A stretch of 11,552 bases of DNA. It comes from Octopus sinensis. Taxonomy: Eukaryota. Positions 1 through 8,153 of this stretch are shown here, piece by piece. A model generated the notes under the pieces. The model was not told the DNA's origin and did no database searches. It was given only the letters and a program-made list of their open reading frames with translations. Made by a program: the position numbers and the translations under genes. The first letter of the stretch is position 1. The number at the start of each line of letters is the position of its first letter. The stretch covers positions 1 through 11,552 of the forward strand of contig NW_021826967.1 of NCBI RefSeq assembly GCF_006345805.1, written 5' to 3'.

Positions 1-36
1 AAGACAGAAAAGAGTGGACGAGCGACAAAATTAACA

Positions 37-67
37 TAGATAGATAGTAGGCAGGTAGGTAGGTAGG

Positions 68-140
<73 letters not shown>

Positions 141-179
141 GATAGATAGATAGAAAGATAGATAGATAGAAAGATAGAT

Positions 180-215
<36 letters not shown>
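37..215. repeat. (GGTA)n/(GATA)n tetranucleotide microsatellite
   Basis: Directly visible tandem GATA run with GGTA and GAAA variant units. Confidence 0.97.
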
Positions 216-668
216 GAAAGCTTCATCTCGAGAGATGAAAGCCAGTTCAGTTAACTTACGTCTCTCTTATAATTTCCATTATGCCCGTGAGATTTAAACT
301 GGCTCTTAAGACTAGCGGCTCAAATATAAGTGTCCAAAGACGTGTAAAGCGTAAGATTCAAAACCTCTTATATGGTCTATTCAAGTTAATCGTGGCTTGG
401 TAATCATATGTACTATGATGTGCCCTTTACAGGAAGGTTGCAACGACTGATTTGTCCATGTACCACACAGGAATTGTACAAAAACCGCGGTAATGAAAGG
501 TTAGATGCACGTTGATACGAGCGCAAACTACCGCGCGATTTCATCTGCCTTATGTAAGCATCATTTGAGAGATGTTGATCACAGAGGCTGCTGTTACAAA
601 TCTTATTTTCATATATTGCAACTTTGGAACTCCGCTTCCTCGACGTACGATTTATTTATGTATGACGT

Positions 669-896
669 GCGACGAGTTGGCAGAATCGTTAGCACGTAGA
701 GTGAAATGCTTAGCGTCATTTCATCTGTCGTTACGGTGTGAGTTGAAATTCCACCGAGACTGAATTTCCTTTCATCCTCTCGGGGTCAATTAAATAAGTA
801 CCAGTTACACACTGGTCGAAGTAACCGAGTTAATCCCTTTGTCTGTCTTTGTTTGTCCCCTCTATCTTTAGCCCCCTGTGGGCAATAAAGCAATAA
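669..896 (+). mobile_element. tRNA-derived SINE, type A, tail variant 1 (diverged copy)
   Basis: Head GCGACGAGTTGGCAGAATCGTTAGCAC, B-box-like GAGTTGAAATTCC, body TTTCATCCTCTCGGGGTC..AAGTACCAG, tail TTTGTTTGTCCCCTC..GTGGGCAATAAAG; aligns by eye to the copy at 5142-5372. Confidence 0.85.
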
Positions 897-900
897 TGTT

Positions 901-1120
901 AAGACAGTGAGCTGGCAGAAACGTTAGCACGCCTGGCGAAATGCTTAGTAGTATTTCGTCTGTCTTTTATTTTAGAGTTCAAATTCCGCCGAGGTGGACT
1001 TTGCTTTTCATCCTTTTAGGGGTCAATAAATTAAGTGCCAGTTGCTTACTAGGGTCGATCTAATCGACTGGCTTCTTCCCCCAACATTTCGAACCTTGTG
1101 CCTAGAGTAGAAACAATTTA
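901..1120 (+). mobile_element. tRNA-derived SINE, type A, tail variant 2
   Basis: GAGCTGGCAGAAACGTTAGCACG head, GAGTTCAAATTCCGCCGAGG B-box region, GGGTCGATCTAATCGAC, tail CCTTGTGCCTAGAGTAGAAA. Confidence 0.88.
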
Positions 1121-1429
1121 TTTGTGTATGTTTGCATTTTTATTCTTTTTTTTTTACGCTAGTTCAAAGCTAGCAAGACCCTCATTCACTAAAGACCAAC
1201 ATTCATTCGTGTTAGTAGCCTTCTGTTTTCCAGAATTGCACAAACATTGTTCAGTTTTTTCAAAGTTGGCATCAATTCAACTGTTTTACCATTTCTTTGT
1301 CTGAGGGCGTGGTCGTTGTCAAAATTGAACTACCATAAAATGAGTGCTTGGGTAGTCTCACAGTTGAAATATCCATGAGATCTCATGACCGTCACAACTG
1401 TTGGTCTGTTGAGTTACACGGGACATAAA

Positions 1430-1590
1430 ATGAAATATATATATTCGCAAGCCCGTATATATATATATATATATAGACTCTTGTCATATATGTCTGTGTG
1501 TATCTATATATATGTGTGTGTATACAAAAAAGTTCACACGCACTCAGGCACACACATATACACACATTTGTGTGTGGGTGTGTGTGTTTA
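1430..1590. repeat. mixed (TA)n/(TG)n/(CA)n microsatellite tract
   Basis: Visible dinucleotide runs. Confidence 0.85.
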
Positions 1591-1723
1591 TTCACCATCG
1601 GATACTTGACAGTGAACATAAATCTTATAAAATCCACTGATATTAATTCAGAGATAATTTAGGAAGTAATAAGGATCACTTAGGTAGCCTTCGACCATTT
1701 TGTTGAGTGCACCTAAACCCTAT

Positions 1724-1794
1724 ATATACCACGTGTGTATCCACATACATATACACATACAGACGCACACACGCACACACACACACACACACAT

Positions 1795-1830
<36 letters not shown>

Positions 1831-1837
1831 CGTGTGT
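1724..1837. repeat. (CA)n-(TA)n-(TG)n compound microsatellite
   Basis: Visible dinucleotide runs. Confidence 0.92.
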
Positions 1838-2140
1838 GGAGGCGCAATGGCCCAGTGGTTAGGGCAGCGGACTCACGGTCGTAGGATCGCGGTTTCGATT
1901 CCCGGACCGGGCGTTATGTGTTTTTATTGAGCGAGAACACCGAAAAAGCCCCACGACGCTCCAGCAGGGGGTGGTGATCCCTGCTGTACTCCTTCACCAC
2001 TCTTCCCCTTTCTTTCTTCTGTTGGCCTGCTCGCTTAACCAGCGGGGTGGCGTCATTCGAAGGCTAAAACAATGCGAACGCATTGTGACCAGCGATGTGT
2101 AGCAACATCTGATGGTCTGGTCGTCACGTGATCACGTGAT
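1838..2140 (+). mobile_element. tRNA-derived SINE, type B
   Basis: Pol III A box TGGCCCAGTGG and B-box-like GGTTTCGATTCCC in a tRNA-like head, followed by ~230 bp non-tRNA body ending in TCACGTGA repeats and a (TA)n array. Confidence 0.8.
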
Positions 2141-2145
2141 ATATA

Positions 2146-2193
<48 letters not shown>

Positions 2194-2210
2194 GTATTAC
2201 GTATGTATGT
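2139..2210. repeat. (TA)n microsatellite
   Basis: Visible run. Confidence 0.95.
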
Positions 2211-2219
2211 ATTGGCTCG

Positions 2220-2465
2220 CCGATCAACGGAACTACCTACTGGTGAAATTAACGTACAAGTGGCTGAGCACTCCACAGACACGTTTACCCTTAATGCAGT
2301 TCTCATGGAGATTCCGCTTGAGACCGAATGTGTCAAGATGATACAACTCATGTTGACATCTGGGTGGACTGGAGCAACGTGAAATAAAGAATAAACCGGG
2401 CATCGAAAATGGGACCTTACGTCTGTGATCTTGCATACCCTAACCACCAAGCCACTTGCCTTCAC
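2220..2465 (-). mobile_element. tRNA-derived SINE, type E (head and CORE-like segment shared with type C, different tail)
   Basis: Minus strand reads GTGAAGGCAAGTGGCTTGGTGGTTAGGG (A box), then ATTTCACGTTGCTCCAGTCCACCCAG, matching 5787-5812 of type C, then a distinct tail GTGTCTGTGGAGTGCTCAGCCACTTG..GTTCCGTTGATCGG. Confidence 0.75.
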
Positions 2466-2473
2466 ATATATAG

Positions 2474-2526
<53 letters not shown>
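2474..2526. repeat. (TG)n microsatellite
   Basis: Visible run. Confidence 0.97.
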
Positions 2527-3456
2527 GGTCTAAATGAAGGAAAATGTTAAATTACTACTGCGGTGCATAATTATGAATCCGATTACATTCAATGGATTAT
2601 TCTGATATAAAATGATAACTGGAAACTATATTGAAATTTCCATAAAATAATCTGTACGTGTTATTTCACAGAATACTTTTCAAAAGATATTAATAAAATG
2701 ATATATTGGATTTTCATTATAATTATTATACACTTATACCTATAACAAATCTTGATTGGCTCATCATATAAATTACACCATCTTGATTTGATGTATATAC
2801 ATTTAAATATGGAACAATATATGCTACCGCAAACTGAAGTTAATATATCATCTATGTATTAGAGACAATGCGTGAGAGTGGGTGTAAGTATGTATAAAAC
2901 CGTAAATTAAAGATTTATCGAAATACACTGTAGGCTATAAAATATGATGTCCACGGCACGTAAGTAGCAATAGAAAGATTGTAGGTCTTAACAGGAAAAC
3001 ACAAACGAAAATCTTATTTGCAATGAAATGCATACTCAAGAATAATGGAAACAACATACTTTACCATATCATAATGCTGTTATCCTGCTGGCTATCTGCT
3101 TGAAAATTTTGAAAAATTTTATGATTTCTTTGTTGTCAGCAGTAATGTCTTTCTCAATACCGAAGCTTATTGAGTCTTTGTTCTCCACAGAGAATCCGCT
3201 ATTTTTAGTTAATATATTTTAGACTGGAAGAAATGTACTTTTAAAGTTGATGTTTTCAATACAAGTCCTGCTTATGTCGGATTCGTTATTCTTGATACTC
3301 TGGAACTCGTATATATTCACATATTTCGAATTTAAAACGTTTCGAGTATTCACATGAGAGCCAAAACTGGCATGTTAAAGGGTGAGCTACAGATTATTGC
3401 GATTATTTTAACAAGCTGGTTCGAATAGTTATCGCGCCGAACAAAATGATTAGCTC

Positions 3457-3869
3457 CAGGAGTGGCTGTGTGGTAAGTAGCTTGTTAACCAACCAGATGG
3501 TTCCGGGTTCAGTCCCACTGCATGGCATCTTGGGCAAGTGTCTTCTGCTATAGCCCCGGGCCGACCAATGCCTTGTGAGTGGATTTGGTAGACGGAAACT
3601 GAAAGAAGCCTGTCGTATATATATATATATATATATATAAGTGTGTATATGTTTGTGTGTCTGTGTTTGTCCCCCTAGCATTGCTTGACAACCGATGCTG
3701 GTGTGTTTACATCCCCGTCACTTAGCGGTTCGGCAAAAGAGACCGATAGAATAAGTACTGGGCTTACAAAGAATAAGTCCCAGGGGCGATTTGCTCGACT
3801 AAAGGCGGTGCTCCAGCATGGCCGCAGTCAAATGACTGAAACAAGTAAAAGAGTAAAAGAGTAAGAGTA
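3457..3869 (+). mobile_element. tRNA-derived SINE, type D, near full length
   Basis: CAGGAGTGGCTGTGTGGTAAG head, GGTTCAGTCCC B-box-like, CTTGGGCAAGTGTCTT (CORE-like), internal (TA)/(TG) tract, tail GGCGGTGCTCCAGCATGGCCGCAGTC..(GTAAAAGA)n. Homologous to 6078-6478 (-) and 10063-10281 (+). Confidence 0.9.
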
Positions 3870-3966
3870 TATATGTATATACGTATGTATGTACGTACGT
3901 ATGTATGTATGTAGGTATGTATGTATGTATGTATGTATGTATGTATGTATGTATGTATGTATGTAT
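3868..3966. repeat. (TATG)n microsatellite
   Basis: Visible run directly after the SINE tail. Confidence 0.95.
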
Positions 3967-4050
3967 ACACACCATGTTTTCGATCATTTTTGTTTGTTGT
4001 CGTACACATTCGCTAGCATTCTTACAACAAAATAATCTAGTGCTCTTAGC

Positions 4051-4354
4051 TTAATCAACCAAGTATGAACCATTTTGTTGTACAATGTGTCTCCATCTTT
4101 CCTTTAACTTGCAAAATAGCCTCTTCCCAGAATTGAGGTGATTTCGTGGCAAAGAATTCGTCAAGGTATCTTTTTTCGTCATCCAAGGAATTGAAATTTT
4201 TACCATTAAGACTATTCTGCAGAGACCTGGAAATCCGAAGGAGCAATATCTGGTGAATATGGAGGTTGGGGTAACATATCCCAGCCGAGCTGCAGCAATT
4301 TTTGTCTGGTTCTCAAAGCATCAAGTGCCGAAAATGAACTTTCTTATCTTCCAT
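4051..4354 (-). pseudogene. mariner transposase pseudogene (N-terminus fused to C-terminus, two further frameshifts)
   Basis: MEDKKVHFRHLML (mariner-like N-terminus) joined to LRTRQKLLQLGWDMLPQPPYSPDIAPSDF / RSLQNSLNGKNFNSLDDEKRYLDEFFATKSPQFWEEAIL / KLKERWRHIVQQNGSYLVD*. YSPDIAPSD matches the mariner YSPDLAPSD motif carrying the third catalytic Asp. Confidence 0.93.
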
Positions 4355-4528
4355 TTTAAAGGGTTACAGAATTAACACACTTTATAGGAACATAAACCTT
4401 CTTCCACAAAAAGCTTAAACTGTGCTCTAAATAAATGTGTAGTCAAATCCTATTTTATGGACTCAACCATGTTCTAAAATAAATCGAAAGGTACGAACTT
4501 TCCGGACGAACTTTCCGGACAACCCAAT
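4051..4528 (-). mobile_element. internally deleted mariner (Tc1/mariner) DNA transposon with 5' TIR; 3' TIR absent
   Basis: Minus strand: TIR-like ATTGGGTTGTCCGGAAAGTTCGT (4528-4506), ~150-bp 5' UTR, ATG at 4354, then transposase N-terminal and C-terminal remnants up to TAA at 4053-4051. Confidence 0.88.
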
Positions 4529-4625
4529 TCTAATCAAGTCCTGGATGCCAATATATATTACCCGCTCTCTACAAAAATTGATAGCCCTGTGCCAACATTT
4601 GAAACGTTTATTATAATTATTGTAA

Positions 4626-4832
4626 AAGCGGCGAGCTGGCAGAATCGTTAGCAGGAGCAGCATTTCGTCCGCCTTTTTTTTATTCTGAGGTCAAATTCCG
4701 CGGAATCTGATTTTGTCTTTCATCCAGACAATATCCATAAAATAAGCATCAGTCAAGTACTGTGGTCTGTGTACTTGATTAATCCCCTAACCCCAAATTT
4801 CAGGCTTTGTACCTGTATTAGAAAGGATCATT
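4626..4832 (+). mobile_element. SINE type A, tail variant 2, diverged with small deletion
   Basis: GCGGCGAGCTGGCAGAATCGTTAGCA head; TTCTGAGGTCAAATTCCGC; tail CCCCAAATTTCAGGCTTTGTACC..TAGAAAGGATCATT. Confidence 0.8.
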
Positions 4833-4979
4833 TTATTAGCACTCTCAAATCATATAATTGGGGATATTTCATCAGGCTTTACGTTGTGATTTCAGATTCC
4901 ACAGGGATCAGTTTTATTTTTTTTATTCTTTGAGATCGATAAAATGAGAACCATTCGAGCAATGGAGACGATGTAATCT

Positions 4980-5141
4980 TATTTCTTTATTGCCCACAAG
5001 GGGTTAAACACAGGGGACAAACAAGGACACACATTGACCCCAGTGCGTAACTGGTACCTAATTCATCGATCCCGAAAGGATGAAAGGCAAATTCGACCTC
5101 GGCGGAATTTGAACTCAGAACGTTACGGCAGACGAAATACC
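4980..5141 (-). mobile_element. 5'-truncated type A SINE (tail variant 1), second unit of a head-to-tail dimer
   Basis: Near-duplicate of 5142-5300 with a small internal deletion; lacks the first ~50 nt of the head. Confidence 0.9.
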
Positions 5142-5372
5142 TATTTCTTTACTGCCCACAAGGAGCTAAACACAGGAGACAAACAAGGACAAACAGACGG
5201 ATTAAGTCGATTATATCGACCCCAGTGCGTAACTGGTTCTTAATTTATCGACCCTGAAAGGATGAAAGGCAAAGTCGACCTCGGCGGAATTTGAACTCAG
5301 AACGTTGCGGCAGATGAAATACCGCTAAGCATTTCACCCGGTATGCTTACGTTTCTGCCAGCTCGCCGCCTT
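5142..5372 (-). mobile_element. full-length, well-preserved type A SINE (tail variant 1)
   Basis: Minus strand starts AAGGCGGCGAGCTGGCAGAAACG, has TTCTGAGTTCAAATTCCGCCGAGGTCGAC, ends GTGGGCAGTAAAGAAATA. Confidence 0.92.
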
Positions 5373-5445
5373 ATGTAATCTATTAGCATCGTCCAAAATT
5401 GCAAGACTTGAGCCAATAGCAGAAAGGATCGTTATTATTATAGTA

Positions 5446-5580
5446 AAGGCAGGGAGCTGACAACATCGCTAGCACGCACGCCGGGCAGATTACTTAGCAT
5501 CATTCCGCATTGGGGTCGATGTGATCAACTTAATCCCTTCCCCAAAATTTAAGGCCTTGTGCTTCCAGTATAAAGGATAT
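5446..5580 (+). mobile_element. type A SINE with large internal deletion (tail variant 2)
   Basis: Head AAGGCAGGGAGCTGACAACATCGCTAGCACG jumps to TGGGGTCGATGTGATC..CCCCAAAATTTAAGGCCTTGTGC. Confidence 0.7.
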
Positions 5581-5672
5581 AAGTACCAGCTGAGCACTGG
5601 GGTCTATGTAATAGACTTAGCCCCCTTCCCCAAAATTGCCAGCCTTGTGCTAAAATTTGAATCTGCTATTAT
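5581..5672 (+). mobile_element. 3' fragment of type A SINE (tail variant 2)
   Basis: AAGTACCAGCTGAGCACTGGGGTCTATGTAATAGAC..CCCCAAAATTGCCAGCCTTGTGC. Confidence 0.75.
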
Positions 5673-5679
5673 TGATTGT

Positions 5680-5944
5680 ACGTGGAGGCGCGTGGCTTAG
5701 TGGTTAGGGTGTCAGCATCATGATAGTATGATTGTGGTTTCGATTCCTGGACCGGGCGATGCGTTGTGTTCTTGAGCAAAATACTTCATTTCACGTTGCT
5801 CCAGTCCACTCAGCTGGCGAAAATGAGTAACGCTGCGATGGACTGGCGTCCCGTCCAGCTGGGGAACTCGTACGCCATAGAAACCGGGAACCCGGGTCCG
5901 TGAGCGTGGCTAGGGTTTAAAAGGGAGCATTTATTTATTTCATT
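5680..5944 (+). mobile_element. tRNA-derived SINE, type C (CORE-like centre), full length with 13-bp TSD
   Basis: A box TGGCTTAGTGG, B-box-like GGTTTCGATTCC, CORE-like TGTGTTCTTGAGCAAAATACTTCATTTCACGTTGCTCCAGTCCACTCAGCTG, (ATTT)n tail; flanked by the direct repeat TATTATTGATTGT at 5667-5679 and 5945-5957. Confidence 0.88.
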
Positions 5945-6077
5945 TATTATTGATTGTGGAGGATCATACTCGGTTCTTTTGAATGTTGCCATTTAGTTTC
6001 GGTCTCCTTTCGTGAAACCCTCGTCTATGACACCACTTCGTTTATTCCAGGCACGAACTGAAGAAAACTCTAAGATA

Positions 6078-6478
6078 TACTCTTTTACTCTTTTATTTTT
6101 TTCAGTCATTTGACTGCGGCCATGCTGGGGCACCGCCTTCAGTCGAGCAAAATAGACACCAGGACGTATTCTTTTGTAAGTCTAGTACTCATTGTATCGG
6201 TCTCTTTTGCCGAACCGCTAAGTTATGGGGACGTAAACACGCCAGCATCGGTTGTCAAGCGATGTTGAGGGAACAGACAAAGACACACAAACACACACAC
6301 ACATATATACATATATATATACATATATATACATATATACGACGGGCTTCTTTCAATTACCCACGACCAAATCCACTCAAATGCTTTGGTCGGCCTGAGG
6401 CTATAGTAGAAGATACTTGCCCAAGGTGCCACGCAGTGGGACTCAACCCGGAACCATGTGGCTGGTAAGCAAGCTACC
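6078..6478 (-). mobile_element. SINE type D lacking its first ~25 nt (these lie at 6617-6643)
   Basis: Reverse complement of the 3457-3869 element from GTAGCTTGCTTACC through the (GTAAAAGA)n tail. Confidence 0.9.
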
Positions 6479-6616
6479 TTCATTCATTAAATTTGCCTTG
6501 TAGGCAGCACATAGATAAGGTAGCTTTGCGGGCTGGACACAGACATTGATGAGGTGAATGATTATGATACAAAAATGATGGGAGAAGACAGAAAGCGCCC
6601 GCCGACCCTTTACAAT

Positions 6617-6643
6617 CTACTTACCACACAGCCACTCCTGCGC
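6617..6643 (-). mobile_element. detached 5' head of the type D SINE
   Basis: Minus strand GCGCAGGAGTGGCTGTGTGGTAAGTAG is identical to the SINE start at 10063. Confidence 0.85.
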
Positions 6644-6667
6644 CTATATGCAAAAGAAAAATATCGG

Positions 6668-6960
6668 CTTGGCGGCAGCGGTGGCGGTGGTGGTAGTGTT
6701 GGGGGGGGGGGTTGTGTTTGTGCTGGTGGTGGTGGGTGGGGGACGAAACGTGTAACAATGGTATAGGCTGTAGTCACAATAGTGGTGTTGGCGGTGAGAT
6801 ATGAAATACCTGTAAAGAATGAGGTTTATGCCAATGTGCTAATTAAAATTGTACTAGCAGAGAATCGAGAGTGGCGACGTTGGTGGTGCTGATACGCGTT
6901 GTTGTGGTTGGTGTTGATGTTGGTGTTAGCGTTGATTGTTGTGGTAGTGATGATGATGCC
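6668..6960. repeat. degenerate (GGT/GTT/GGC)n trinucleotide low-complexity tract
   Basis: Visible GGT, GTT and GAT triplet runs with a poly-G. Confidence 0.75.
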
Positions 6961-7384
6961 GGTACATGTCTGTATGTCTGTCTGTGTGCGTGTCTGTAAG
7001 AGAGAGACTGAGAGAGAGAGAGTCTAATGTAATATTCGAACAGCAGGATATCGAGATAGGAAACATTAAGATTTCGAAATCACAGCAAAGAGAAATTAAT
7101 ATGGATTAAATGAAAATACAAAGATCTAAATAAATTACTAAACAAACAAAGAAATTATATATTAAAAATAAATAAATAAAAATTGCGCTATAATACGTTT
7201 TGCATTCTTGAGGCTAGGGATTGTTGTTGCAATGTTGTTGTGTTGGTGATGTTGGAGATGGTGGCGCTGTTGATGTTGGCGACGGCGACGGCATTCCAAA
7301 TAATTCGTTCGATCTCATCATTTTCATTATTTTCAATTTGTATTAAGAACATTAAAAAAGAAAACGTAGAAAATAGTACTTTCA

Positions 7385-7463
7385 CTCACTCAATCTCTCT
7401 CCCTTTCTTCTCCCCGTCTCTCTCTCTCCTCATCTCTCTCTCATTCACTCTCTCTCTCTCTTT

Positions 7464-7500
<37 letters not shown>

Positions 7501-7605
7501 GCATGTACATATATGTGTGTGTGTATTAATGTAAATGTATGCATCTGTGTATACACACAGAAATATATAAATATGTGTATATATAATATATATATGCATA
7601 TATGG

Positions 7606-7647
<42 letters not shown>

Positions 7648-7680
7648 CTATATATATATATATATAAAGTTAATAATATA
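7385..7680. repeat. (CT)n then (TA)n compound microsatellite
   Basis: Visible runs. Confidence 0.92.
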
Positions 7681-7869
7681 CATGTAAATCGATAATATTG
7701 TAGGTCAATATGATTACGTCAATTAACATACATATTTATGTACGCAAATGTATATGTATGTGTGTATATATAGATACTCGTAATTTAATGTAATACATCC
7801 CTATGTGTTCGTATGTATATGAAGGCAAAAATATATGCTTGCGATCACGTAGGCACGCAGACATACACA

Positions 7870-8026
7870 AACAAATATTTACATACATATGCATACACAC
7901 AGATGTATACATAATATTACATACGGATGTGTGTGTATATATATACGTGTATGTGAATATATATATATATATGTATTATATGTACATATATCTGTATATA
8001 TATGCATATATATGCATTTATATGCA

Positions 8027-8069
<43 letters not shown>

Positions 8070-8107
8070 CATACATATATACTATACATATATACATACA
8101 TATATAC

Positions 8108-8152
<45 letters not shown>
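7870..8152. repeat. (TA)n/(TACA)n degenerate microsatellite
   Basis: Visible runs. Confidence 0.93.

Positions 8153-8153
<1 letters not shown>

Larger units (their letters stand above)
4865..5440 (+). mobile_element. old degenerate type A SINE (4865-4979 plus 5373-5440) interrupted by the SINE dimer
   Basis: Body remnant ATTTCATC..TTTACGTTGTGATTTCAGATTCC..GATCGATAAAAT..GATGTAATC resumes after the insertion as CCAAAATTGCAAGACTTGAGCC..AGCAGAAAGGATCGTTATT (tail variant 2). Confidence 0.6.

Noticed and set aside
37-215. CRISPR-like or coding tandem array
   Set aside because: Simple tetranucleotide repeat without spacers; no CRISPR array or cas gene anywhere in the window.
433-489. 57-nt candidate exon (CCCTTTACAG| ... 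|GTAATG)
   Set aside because: Splice signals of this strength occur by chance; peptides KVATDLSMYHTGIVQKPR and RLQRLICPCTTQELYKNR are unrecognised and no partner exon is evident.
1838-1915. tRNA gene-like sequence (also heads at 5682 and 2465)
   Set aside because: A and B boxes are present but the acceptor stem does not close and a SINE body follows; these are SINE heads.
4869-4875. CTGATGA on minus strand (also CTGACGA at 8883-8889 minus and CTGAAGA at 6058 plus)
   Set aside because: No stem II plus GAAA follows; the first two lie inside decayed SINE bodies.
6650-7330. Pro/Thr/His/Gln-rich minus-strand frames and TTCTTTACAG site at 6810
   Set aside because: Explained by degenerate GGT/GTT triplet repeats; frames run into a SINE head or early stops.
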